Under the pieces are notes generated by a model. The model was given only the letters and a program-made list of their open reading frames with translations, searched no databases and was not told the DNA's origin. This document shows, piece by piece, positions 1-12,300 of a stretch of 64,000 nucleotides of DNA (within the stretch, counting starts at the first letter, position 1; each line of letters begins with the position of its first letter). Made by a program: the position numbers and the translations under genes. This DNA comes from Aplysia californica (taxonomy: Eukaryota), in contig NW_004797514.1 in the NCBI RefSeq assembly GCF_000002075.1, positions 624,451 to 688,450 on the forward strand, in the 5' to 3' direction.

Positions 1-689
1 CGTTTGGCCTAAATGGGTTTTTTTTTATAACACAACATCACCTCACGAGTAAAATGTTTAAGACTTTAAAGAAACAAAACACAGCTGATTTTGCAGGTAG
101 AACACTAAGTCACAATACTAGAGGAGTCCACTTTTATGAAGTAAGTAACAGCAACCCGAAATAACTGCTTGAATAAGGGAAACAATTACCTTAAAAAGTA
201 GTGTTAAACAACAGTAAACAAAAAAACAGAAAAGCCGCTTTAATAAATGAAAGACAAATCTAGCAAAAATTGTGCTTTGTCAAAATATTATGAGATGTTG
301 CAAATCTTAATAAGTCTTAAGACAATTTACTTTTTTAATGAAGAAAAGGACATCTTAAAAATGTTCCAAACAAAACCATAATATAATATAATTCTTAGTA
401 CACTGACTATATAAACAAATCGAGATACCTCTTACATATATACGACATGTATTTGTAAGATGGCCTCTTTCCACTCCGCTTTACGTCTCGTACGCAATTC
501 TGCTTGTTTATTAAATTGGATAATACAAAGAAATCATTAAACAAATTGGATAATACAAAGAAAACATTAAACAATAGAAATCTACATTTGAAAGTTATTA
601 ACAGCCACTTATTGTCACTTGTTTGTTACTATATCGAAGACTAGTTATGTAGGGTCGAAAAAATGACCTCTAGTAATTCTTACGCGTGC

Positions 690-1187
690 GACCGGTATCG
701 AATCTTGATCGTCCAAACGATGATAATCAAACAATAGTGTAAATATCGAGTAATCTCAGGCAGGCATCGAATTATGACTTAGCTGAAGGAGATCGAGTAA
801 TGGCAGCCAGGGCAAGAGAGGTATCGAATAATGATTGGGCAATAAAAGTATCTAATATGATCGGGAAAATAGCGGTCGAATAATGACCTGGTAAGTGAGG
901 TATCGAATAATGATCGGGTGAGTCAGGCATCGAAGAGGCATCAAAGAACACTGGGCAATGGAAGTGTCGAATTTACACCGGACAAGTGGTATCAAATAAT
1001 GACCAGGCAAGAGTGGTGTGAACGTTGCGATGAGTTACCGGAAAAAGAAAGTACCAAGTTGGTATCGAATTATGATAGCCAGTGATGTATCAAATAAGAT
1101 TGGGCAACTCGGAATCGAGTAATGACAGAATTGTTGTATCGAATAAACCAAACAAAAGGGGTATCGAATAATGGCCGTGCAGATGAG
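690..1187. repeat. Degenerate tandem array, unit about 25-27 bp (core ggtatcgaataatga), running into a gap
   Basis: More than 15 recurrences of the core. Confidence 0.75.
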
Positions 1188-3669
1188 NNNNNNNNNNNNN
1201 NNNNNNNNNNNNNNNNNNNNNNNNNNNNNNNNNNNNNNNNNNNNNNNNNNNNNNNNNNNNNNNNNNNNNNNNNNNNNNNNNNNNNNNNNNNNNNNNNNNN
1301 NNNNNNNNNNNNNNNNNNNNNNNNNNNNNNNNNNNNNNNNNNNNNNNNNNNNNNNNNNNNNNNNNNNNNNNNNNNNNNNNNNNNNNNNNNNNNNNNNNNN
1401 NNNNNNNNNNNNNNNNNNNNNNNNNNNNNNNNNNNNNNNNNNNNNNNNNNNNNNNNNNNNNNNNNNNNNNNNNNNNNNNNNNNNNNNNNNNNNNNNNNNN
1501 NNNNNNNNNNNNNNNNNNNNNNNNNNNNNNNNNNNNNNNNNNNNNNNNNNNNNNNNNNNNNNNNNNNNNNNNNNNNNNNNNNNNNNNNNNNNNNNNNNNN
1601 NNNNNNNNNNNNNNNNNNNNNNNNNNNNNNNNNNNNNNNNNNNNNNNNNNNNNNNNNNNNNNNNNNNNNNNNNNNNNNNNNNNNNNNNNNNNNNNNNNNN
1701 NNNNNNNNNNNNNNNNNNNNNNNNNNNNNNNNNNNNNNNNNNNNNNNNNNNNNNNNNNNNNNNNNNNNNNNNNNNNNNNNNNNNNNNNNNNNNNNNNNNN
1801 NNNNNNNNNNNNNNNNNNNNNNNNNNNNNNNNNNNNNNNNNNNNNNNNNNNNNNNNNNNNNNCCCCGTCTCTCCTTTTTGGAGACCATCGTACAATATGG
1901 TAAATACTGTCTTCAAGGTATAGTGCAATTTTGGCCCCTAAAGCAGTCTCTTGTCACCTCTATGAAAGCTAGCTGAGACCTATCTTTATGACCCGAGTGG
2001 AGCGTGTGGTTGTAGGGCGACACTGTTAGGTTCAGCTTCTTTTCTTCCCCTCTCTTGTTTCTATCATTTTTTCACAGGGTTAATATAAATAATCCCATTT
2101 ATATTGCGCAAACCCATGTTTTACAGCATGCTCTATGGACGTACAACTAACCCCCCCCCCCATCCCCCACCCCAAGCAGACCCTAGAACATTCAGAAACA
2201 TTTTCACGTTAATGTGTCCAACACAAATATCACTTTACTCAAACAAACAGACAACCCACGTTTGTCCTTACAGACAGAGTCGATCAAACAACCAAGACGA
2301 CGTATACCTCTTTACTCAAGCAAACATCCTAAGTTGGTCCTATAACAGATAGAGTCGATTAAAAAAATCATTTCGATGCGGAGAGTAAAACCTTAACTAT
2401 CATTTAACATGATCTGTCTAGCGGAAGTTTGTAGTTTTACTCTGAATGGGGATACATTTATTTTGCTCCTAAAGCATTTCCGCCTTTCAGTTGATGTTCT
2501 GATGGCTGAACTATTATGCGTTCCGCTTTTGCAATGACCTATGATTGAGTCTAACAGCTCGTGAAACTTAAGAAATAACCCGTAAATGGGGAACCAATTT
2601 CGAGCTTGAAATGCAGCAAATTTGAATAATCCGAGCGCGTTAGCGCGTTTTGTTAAAATGAAGAGTTGTAGTGTGCACTTCTTTCATAATTTTCATTTTC
2701 GTATACTCCATTTAGGTATGAGTGGTGAACGCGATCCATAGACTTGGATTATGATACGGTCATGGCCGCTGCTCTTTACGCTAAATAAACACTTCCCTGC
2801 GCTCACGCGCATGATAGGTGCGCAAACGAAGGGGGGACATCAGTCCAACCTTGCCCTTCATTTGGTTTCAAAAAGACTCAATTGCCGCGTTCCACAGTGA
2901 ACCGGAAGTACGTCAGAGTGCACAGTTTAGATCATCATCATCCAGTGCCAGATCTGCGACAGACATCGGCGATCATGGTTTTCCATTCATTCCTTTGCTC
3001 CGATGCTCTAAAAAAAAGCTACGTTTCCCTGATCTTTCACTGTTACCTATTTGTTTAGGTTCCCTAAGTATGTTGTTCTGGGCCTACCCCTGCCTCGCTT
3101 GCCCTCAATTGAGGGCACAGTCTAGATAGGATATTAAAATGCGAGTCTATGGCACAATCTTTAAAGCCCTGTTCACGCTTCCTACTAATATCTTCTATCA
3201 GGGTATAGTTCGCACAATAAGAATATAATGTTATGACATTTCATAACATTATGTCCATTAAGCCACCGATTTAAAAAAACCCATCAGGTTAAGAACCGAT
3301 GTAATTGATACTGTAGAAGCGCAAACACTCAGAATTCAATTTTAAAGGGGAAAAAATAGTATTGAGGTTTAACACCTTCATCGACGTAATTTAGATCATT
3401 TAGGAGGCGGGCTACTTCCATCCTGCCTGTCAGGGCTAATGCAGACTGAGAATGATACATTAATGTCCCAGCAGAAAGACTGAGATACTCGCTAAAAATT
3501 CTATTTGCACAGGAATAGAAATCGGGTTTTCTGCGTGTGATGATGAAGGGCCAAACCGTTACACCACAGACGCCAATATAAGTTCAGCCTCGAAAAGGAA
3601 TCAAAATTGTATATGGGGATAACAAACCCAAGACGCACTTCTCGGGCAGAGTATAATATAAATTATAGT

Positions 3670-3830
3670 GGTGTCGGTAGTCTAGTGGTTAGGCTACTGG
3701 ACCCATAATCGTAAGGTTGCGGGCTCGAAGGTTCAAGGCTCAGCTTGACTCGACGTCGTGTCCTTACAAAGGTCACTTTACACGAATTTTCCAGTTTGGC
3801 TCAGTCATAAAGGAGACGGTCGCTAAATTC
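3670..3830 (+). mobile_element. tRNA-SINE head and core fragment (same family)
   Basis: ggtagtctagtggttaggctactggac...gtgtcctt, matches the 25404-25280 region. Confidence 0.65.
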
Positions 3831-3925
3831 AGAGGTCCTTTACCTCCTAAATAATCTTACTGTGTTGCAAGGGATGTTGAACCTAAACATTTTTTTCGGG
3901 CTATCTAGACACTTTCTTCTTTTTT

Positions 3926-4106
3926 GTTAGTTTTAGTTTTAGTAGAGATTTTACGGCGCTCGCAACTGCATAAGATCAAATGAGCGCCAGAAGATTAGAA
4001 GTGCTACGAGAGAGTAACAAACACAAAAAATAAGGAGGGGAGATAAAGACGACAGACGTTGATAGGAAAAAAGAAGCACACCACACCAGAGCACCCGCCA
4101 ACCACC
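3926..4106 (-). mobile_element. Non-LTR retroposon family A, copy outside the gene
   Basis: Shared core ttttacggcgctcgcaactgcataag.tca.atgagcgcc; (ctaaaa)n tail on the minus strand. Confidence 0.75.
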
Positions 4107-4239
4107 GTTACCAAAAAGAAAAGCCAGTAAAACAGGGAAAAAGAGTGTACCTTGCAACTTTTTATCTAAGCAAAACTAGAGCCAGTATTCCACTCCTGAA
4201 AAATGTCCAGTTTCCAGAAAAATACCAACAGAAGCATAG

Positions 4240-4390
4240 CAATAACAACATCAACAAAAACAACAACAAAAACAGCAACAACAGCAGCAGCAGCTAAACA
4301 AGAACAACGACAACAGCAACATAGCACCACCAGCAACAACAACAATAACAGCAGCAACAGCAGCGACAGCAGCAACAGCAGCAGCAGCAG
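4240..4390. repeat. (CAA/CAG)n low-complexity tract
   Basis: Direct inspection. Confidence 0.85.
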
Positions 4391-5528
4391 GAGAGGCGGC
4401 AGTGACATCAATGACAACAGCTCCATAGCCATTTCGGGTTTCCTCTGTGAACCACTGCAGCTCGTTGACTGACACAGACAGGCCAAAAGTCTTCGCCAGG
4501 AAATTGGATTATTCTTGCCAAACAAGCAGGCCGTCATAAAACATTCCTCCCTTGCCCCTGATCAGTGAGACAAATATTGCAATAATACACGTAGACCCTA
4601 TACTATAGGCTTCATAATAGAGGTACGGTACCGCAGACTTTACATTAAAGGTACCGCAGACATTATATCCTGTGCACACTACCAATAGGATTCATCCGAT
4701 TGATCAGGGGCCACTAAGATTTTTCCTCCATGGAGGGGGCAAAAGATACTATGTACTTTGGCACAATACAAATGATTCGACTCACGGCCTTGAAAAGCAA
4801 ACATGTCTTTAATTTTGAAGGCCAGACTCTAATTCAGTTAAATTAGTAGTATTGTGCCAAAATGGTAGCTTTTGTCCCATTCATGAAAGAAAATTTGCTA
4901 GCTCCTACTCGATCAAACGAATCCGACTAGCAGTGTACATTGGATATTTATGACATTAGAGGTGTTGCGCCACCCCTGACCGTCCCCAGGCGTCCTGCTT
5001 TAACCAATAATGTGTAAATGACGCCTTTCAAGAGCAGTCGGCTGCCCCAAGCCAGAACGACGTATCTGACAAAATAGAGGATTTTGTTTGTTTGTTTGCT
5101 GGTTGGCTTTTTTAAAAGATTGATTTGTTACCCATAAGACTTGCCCATACTCTTCATGTGCCAAAAGCAGGAAGAGACGTCTACATACAGAATATGAGTT
5201 TTCAAGCTACGTATAAGTGACTGACTTCAATAAAAAACGTCAAGAGTAATTCTCCGCGGTTTTTTTCTCAAGATCATGAAATAATATGCACCCTTCTTGC
5301 AATGAGCCACGGAGAAAGTGTCCCTTAAAGCATAATATTATCTTAGAAAACGTGATATGCTTGCTTGTGACTGACAGGTTCAAGAGTGTCAACGATAGGA
5401 GAAAGGTAAAGGAATAATGAGCCACGTCTCCTCCGACTGCTGTTATAGTGGGCTTAATAGACAGACCGAAGCAGTTGATAATAATAATAATATAATTGGT
5501 TACGTGCACAGGGGCTGTGGCTAGACCA

Positions 5529-5531
<3 letters not shown>

Positions 5532-5603
<72 letters not shown>

Positions 5604-5607
5604 CTCT
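5532..5607. repeat. (CT)n microsatellite
   Basis: Direct inspection. Confidence 0.95.
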
Positions 5608-6332
5608 CGTAACACAAATAAAAATCTACAACTCAGTAAACTAAACGAAGAGAACACTATCTGACTTTTACAGTACACCAGTTTATTAGTGTTAAAATTG
5701 ATCAAAGCAAAAATATAAAAAGTCGCAGTGACAAAATCTGTATGTTAAACAAATTATTATCCCTGGGACTGGAATAATCCGTCTGTACCTTTAAGATAGT
5801 AAGGTATCATCATAAAATGTATGGACATCATGACAATCATATTTATTGAATTTAAATTTCTGAAAGAACCTTCAGAAAAGTGCAAAAGGACATAGGTGCT
5901 CACAGAGAAACACAAGGAGACAGAAATTTGGAAATTTAGAAAAAGAAAAAATAAACAACAGGGGGTGGGTGGCGTGAAGCACTTTAGACATGTACAGTAA
6001 AAGTTACCTTTTCAAAAATGAAACGACTGGCAAACTACAGAAGAACACGTTTGAGTTTAAGTAAAGGCACACACATCGCTACTTAATAACAATCATTTAG
6101 TGAAAGTCCAAGGAAAAAGTAAAATGGACGGAGAGCAAAAAAAGAGGGAAATTAAAGAAGTAGAGCCTATCAGTGTCCAACATAAAAGACCAAAAGAAGC
6201 TTGAAAGGTACATATAAGTATAAGGACAAGAAAAGACAAACAGTTAAATAAGTGACTCATGTCACGGTCGTCAGTAATAACTAGCAATACAACATATTAT
6301 ACTTAAAACAAAATCCCAGTCAACACATTTAA

Positions 6333-6804
6333 CCCTTTCCTGGTTGTCGTTTTTTACCTGTCAAAAACTGGACGGACGTGCGGCACCTTTCTCTGATGGA
6401 ATTCCTCAATGGTAAGCTTGGCTAGGGTAAAAGTTGATCAACTGATATTAAGCCGTAGCTTTGGGTTAATTTCTAGATTTACATTATATTACAAGTCTGT
6501 CCTAAAGCACTTAGAAGGCAGTATTGGCAAACCCCTGAGTAGGGAGCCTCAAAACTCTACAGGAACCTGGAAGACTTGCGGCAAAAGCAGCCTTCGCACT
6601 AGAGACTAGGCTGATCATTCATAGATGAAAGAGAAAAAGACAAAGTTTTCTAGAGGAGGAGGTGTGTCGGAGTCAGCGTCAGTCTTTACTTTTACTTCCC
6701 CAAAGTGTAAAGGAATGTGAACTCCAGGAGGCTGCCCCATGTACTGTGCAGATAACTTAACAAATGGGCCAACATTGCTGGAAAAGTATAAGAACAGGAA
6801 AGGA
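6333..6804. mobile_element. piggyBac-type non-autonomous element
   Basis: TTAA|ccctttcctg ... caggaaagga|TTAA. Confidence 0.55.
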
Positions 6805-7112
6805 TTAAGAATACACAGAGGTTATACAAATGTCAAATTGGCTAAGATTGCATGATAACATTGACACTTTGCGTTTATAAAAGGTTAACAATAAATTTAT
6901 TATATTGCAGATCTAAAAAAGCTGCTCAAATTAATTGTAAAAGGACGGACTCTTGTTAATTAGGAATGTCTCTGAAAGAAAATGCAATACGGTATCACAA
7001 AACTAAAAATAAAAGCTTATGTTAACATAAATAGTCAGGCCAGCTGACACAAAAAATAAATATTTGCCAAAAAGACACTCGAATTAAAAAGTTTCAAAAG
7101 CATTATAACATA

Positions 7113-7298
7113 GAGTCGAATCTGCTCTTACAGCTAACTGCCCATGACAATCACCCACACAAAGACAATCCTACCTGCCCACTAGTGGGGGTGGTTTTTT
7201 TCTTCAATATTTTAATGATATAGTCCAAAAGGACCATCTGTCTTAGATGACCACTATTTTACTTGACAGTGGGTGGTTGTCTTGAAAAGGTTAGACTG
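7113..7298. mobile_element. Old Tc1/mariner-like MITE family D (also 23435-23613, about 24920-25439, 37361-37650, 46402-46598, 51199-51378)
   Basis: Degenerate TIR cagtc(g/a)aacctg...caggtt(c/t)gactg, TA flanks in several copies. Confidence 0.6.
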
Positions 7299-9208
7299 TA
7301 ATTGCAAAAAAAGACACTCGTCCGATTAAAAAATCAAAAACTCTCAAAATCATAGTAAAATAATAGGAACAGATACAAGTGTATGTTTAGATTTTCAAGA
7401 AATGGTTTGATTATCACAGAAAAAGCTTATTGTCATTTTACAGAAGTTACCTGAAACACTGTTGCTTTTGATTATACAAAGGAAATATAACAATAATTTT
7501 TTTTCTCACATGACAACAAACATAAATTGTAAAGCACAAGGAAAAATGTTCCTCATTTTCTTCTGCTATCTTAACGACCAGCACTTGGTAAGCAAGGCAT
7601 AATAAGCATTCAGTAAAGAAGGAATGTGGGTATGACAGAAGTGTGTCCTTAATAGGTTGTAACACTGTATGTCCCTCCGCAACTGAGATGGAAAGAACTA
7701 GCTGGCAAAAGAAGTTATTGTGAAATCTGCAAACTTTCTGTCAGAGATGGTAAACTAGAAATAAGAGCTTTATTTTCACAACCAAAAGAAAGTTTGAGAT
7801 TATATCCTCTTTTCACACACCAGATTGTATCTGCTATAGATCATCACATAATTAACAGGTCTCTGTCACATGAAAACCATAGAGCAATCTCCCATTCTGG
7901 CATAAAAAGAATTACAAAAAACATTGACAAAGTACGTTACATGCTCCCTCATCATTTAAACTCTAATCTTCCATTGTTTAAAAGCCTTATTTTTAACCAT
8001 TATAATCATGGAATATTCATTGCACATTAGGAAAATCCACAGAAGTGAGAAGCAAACATTCTTCCAAAGTTAAATCGGTGTCTTTGGAACAACTTGAATT
8101 ACAAGCCAAACTTCAGCAAAAATATCTAAATACTCTTACAGATAACATAAATAAAAGCTCTGTTTTCACGTCTACAAAAGGTACTATGGTCATTATTTAA
8201 ACAAAATTTAAGCTTCCCCTGAACTTACAAGGTGTCACAGTGACTATGACCATCTTATCACTAATACACTTCACACTTGCACAAAAATATCTCACCCCTT
8301 CATGACATACGCTTTTTTTAGTCTATACAGTGCTCAATTTTTACTGTCAGGACTGAGAGGTTTCAGTCATTTTGAAACCTCTTCGTGATCAAAGATTTGT
8401 GGTTCATACATTTTCGCTGTGGAAAATTCCAATCTTTCTTCAGTTTTCCAGCAAACTCCATTCAAAGATGTTATAGTGCGGTTATAAAATCCCATATTGT
8501 GCATGTCTTGCGGTCCTCACAATTGCTAAAATTGGTTGATTTTAGGACATACATTGTACAAGACAACATCATCTTGGCTCATGGTGGCCAAGGTACCATC
8601 TACGAGAGCTGTCACGAAGGAGCTATAGGCAGGTAAAGCTGAAGCTACTAGTCCTGAGGCACAGATAAGAGTATGCCGAAAAGGCCATGAACTGATATCC
8701 CATTTTAAATAGGATAAGAACTAAAATAAAAATTTATATGATGATCATCTGTATCACTATGTAAATAGTGTCTGCACAACTCAGGTCACATACTTGTAGC
8801 TGAAAACCTATAAGATTTAAAACAAAAGTGGCCTCACAAATAAATCCTAAAATCTTATACCTAGATGTTCCATTTTGTCAATACAGATAACAGGAGAACG
8901 ATATATGTCAACTGAGTGAAAGAAAAAAACTGGGTAATATTTTGATTTATTTTTAAATGCTGATTTGGTCAAAGTTTACTACACATACAGATTTGTCTCA
9001 TAACTTGTACACTTTTATTATTCAATAAACTAGATTCTAATTTCAACTTAAAAAAGACTTTCACACGGAACACTTATTTTTTTCTATTACCAAATTGGGA
9101 CAAATTATGTAAGCTTGTTTGAATAGAAACAAGAAAATACACAAGTAATGAGTGTTAGTAATACATTTTAAGTATCTTGTTGAGGCAGTAACAACCCTTG
9201 GAGATGGA

Positions 9209-9310
9209 TCACATGTGTTTCATTGATCCTCCGCGAGGAGATTTGGACCGGCTTTCTCTCATCTTTGAAACTCTCTCTTTCATCTGAGCAAGCTGTCTCT
9301 CTCTCTCATC
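9209..9310 (-). CDS. Terminal coding exon E49 (DERERQLAQMKERV...GGSMKHM*)
   Basis: ttttctccag| acceptor, in-frame TGA at 9211-9209; minus-strand AATAAA at about 9014-9019 and 8946-8951. Confidence 0.83.
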   Translation of the reverse strand, partial: DERERQLAQMKERVSKMRESRSKSPRGGSMKHM

Positions 9311-12300
9311 CTGGAGAAAAAAAGAGCAAATTAATATGACCACAATTGCAAGAAATTATCTAATTTTGTTTATCTAATTTAAAGAGAGGCTCATAGACTA
9401 TATGTGTCACAACGCGGTGGAATCAGGCACTCGTCAATTTTGGGGCATACAGAGTTATTGGTATTGTCTTAAAGCCTATCCATTTGCCTTTCTCGTGATG
9501 AAAAAAAATATCCATTTATCTTGGATACAAGTCAAGATATTGGCGATTGAAGGTGGTGGGGGTCATCTTGTTTCAGAAGTAAAATTAGCGAGAAAATGGG
9601 CGCCAAAGTTGAGTTGTTTCCTTAGTTGAGAGTCCATGGAAACTGAAAATGTACTTCTTTTATGCCTTAAATCAACGTTTTTCAGTGTAATCCGCACCAA
9701 AATGTGTTCTTTAATGGGCAGGAAAGGTGTTGAACTAAAACACAAAAATTCAATTAAAATTCCCAAACCTGCGGAAAAATGCCAGTTTCTTGACTTTCAT
9801 TATTTTAACGAGTGCCTGATTTCCCCACATTGCCTCACATAAGAATAATAATCAGGTACTTAGGCCTATAATGGAGGATACTACAGAATCAAGAGTGGAA
9901 GATATTACCATAAATCACTGATACCATTAAAGTCACGGCAGTTTTAAATTCATATACATATCACAAGAATGAAGCAGAAAGATGAATTAAGAAGGTTACA
10001 ACTTTTCTTTGAATTTCTCTGACTGTTTATTTCACTTAAGCTTCCTAATTAAAGAAGGGTCAAGTTATTTAAGTTTGAGTAAAAATAAGCACATTGACAT
10101 GATAAGCATCCTGTAGTGTACTGGTTTGAATTCTTGATTACACATTCTGAAACTTGGGTTGTTTGGGGGATTTTTCAAAGCTTTGAAACCACTTGGTAGG
10201 GTACTGTGGGTGGTGGACATTGAAATCTAAAGTCCCATCCTTTAAAAAATATTACAACATTGAAAGGAAGGTGTGTTGAACTTATACAAAATCCAATTTC
10301 GATTTTTGGAGAAAAAAAAAATGGAATAGCAAGTGTAAATGTGGACATTGAAATCTAAAGTCCCACCCTTTAAAAAATATCACAACATTGAAAGGAAGGT
10401 GTGTTGAGCTTATACACAATCCAATTTCGATTTAAAAAAAAAAAAATGGAATAGTAAGTGTAAATGTTTTATGCCCCCATCGACACAATTTTGGACATTT
10501 AGGAGACAAGTTTCTTCAACCCTGCAACATATTCTCCTTTAACAAACAAGAAAAAACTTACCCTCTGGGATTGCTGAAGTACTGTCTTTTGCCTCTCACC
10601 CAAACTGTAGAGAGCTGCGGCTTCATTCTCACGTTTGCTGCTTCTGAGCTCCAATTTCCGTTTAAGCTAAAAGGAAGAAAAACACCCAAAAAATCATCCC
10701 ACCTCATCTGAACTACAGAAGAAAAATTTTTAATAGAACATCCATTGAGATTGAAACTTCTAGAACATTTCATAAAACAACATTTCTGCCATGCTGAATC
10801 CACCATTTCCTAACAATGTACGAGTATGTCGAGTGGTGAGTAAAAGTTGTCACACTTTATTTTTCTAATGCATATTGTTCAACTCATTGATTTAAAAAAG
10901 GGCAATACAAATGCAATTGAACATTATTATTATTTTTACTGATGTATATGACAGACTAGTAGCAGAAATATTTGAGGGACATAAGTGCTAAAGTAAATAT
11001 ATTAGGAAATCATGAATTTGTGAAAGTAATTAAATAAATCACCTCACACGAAAGGTTATAATTTCTTTACCAAAGTCTCCTTTTTTCTAATCCCTCTTTT
11101 AATGTTTTCTCCTTTTCTTTATTTTCCTCTTTACATTTCCTTCTCTCTTAATAAGTCATATCTGCCATGCTGAATTATTCAACCTTCACAATGACAACTT
11201 CAAACAAATTCATGCTGTTATGTGTAGTAGTTGCCTTTATCTGCTTGAGCTAGTGAAAATGGATCATATCTGTAAACAAAGTGTAGAATTGACCCTATCC
11301 ATACGTTGCGTTTTACTATCGTATCCATATGACGTGGGGCACTCTGTGGCATCACTTTCCAAAGAATAGATTTACTCGTTAATCCGATCTGTACGCTTTG
11401 CAGAGCAGTCTGTCAAAATGATTTTTTGAGAAATACAGAAAGTTTCAAAGAGATCTTCGTACTAGAAGTATTCTAAAATGTGAAGAATACAACCCCGGGG
11501 GTACAAAATGACCCCAGGGCCTACGGATAGGGTTAAGAAAGAGATAAACAAATAAATCAACAGAAGATCCTCACCAGTTCCTCCTGTCGAGACTGCTCTG
11601 CAAAGATCTGCTGCTGTCTCTTGAGGCCTTGTTGGACCACCTGGTCGTACATCTCCTGTTTCTGCTCGTCACTGACCCTCACGTCCACCACCGTCTTCTC
11701 ACGGGTCAGGGAAAATGTTGGTGTCTGAAACAACGAGGTAAACTCATATACAACATGGACTGGTAGGTTGGGATATGGTAAAATAACATGATGCGCCCAA
11801 AGACATTCTAAAGAATCGCTGGCCTGACACCATAAGAAATGAACAGCTATAGGAGCAACCAAATCAACATGAAACAGATATTGAAATCAGTAACAGAAAA
11901 TAAAAGTGGATTGGACACACCTTCAGAAAACTGAATACAGATATTACCCACAAAGATTTAAGGTAAAATCCACACAGAAAGAGAAAGACAGGAAGACCTA
12001 AAAGCACCTGGAGGAGGGACTTGTCTTTAGAGCTAAAACAGATGAGATATAGTTGGACAGTGGTGGAGGCTATATCCAAAGGCAGAAGTAGATAGAGAAC
12101 TCTTGTTTCTTGGCCTTTTCTACAACATGGGGTGAGAAAGGACAATGGCCAAAGACATGAGGACAGAAAGTGTCTTTTACACTGGGGACATTACACTTGT
12201 GCACTTTACATGAATGGAATGCATAATATTTTTTTTTAAAATGTTTACAGTTGCCTACTTCATCTCAAAGAAGCAGCCAAGGTGGCCTTCAAATGAGTTT

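Noticed and set aside
690-1187. CRISPR-like repeat/spacer appearance
   Set aside because: Cores are short and degenerate, linkers resemble each other, the context is eukaryotic and there are no cas genes.
1035-1976. Long ORFs containing X runs (also near 16.1-16.8, 25.3-25.8, 49.0-49.4, 54.2-55.2, 58, 60 and 63.5 kb)
   Set aside because: Artefacts of translating N gaps.
3670-3745. tRNA-like sequence (also about 25330-25404 and 44322-44395)
   Set aside because: No complete cloverleaf; it continues into a shared SINE body.
4166-5705. Poly-L/Q/S and ER-repeat ORFs
   Set aside because: Translations of (CAA/CAG)n and (CT)n microsatellites with no splice or homology support.
6610-6780. Exon-like minus-strand segment (NVGPFVKLSAQY...) after a good acceptor
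   Set aside because: It lies inside a TTAA-flanked piggyBac-type element, downstream of the gene's stop codon, with no partner exons.
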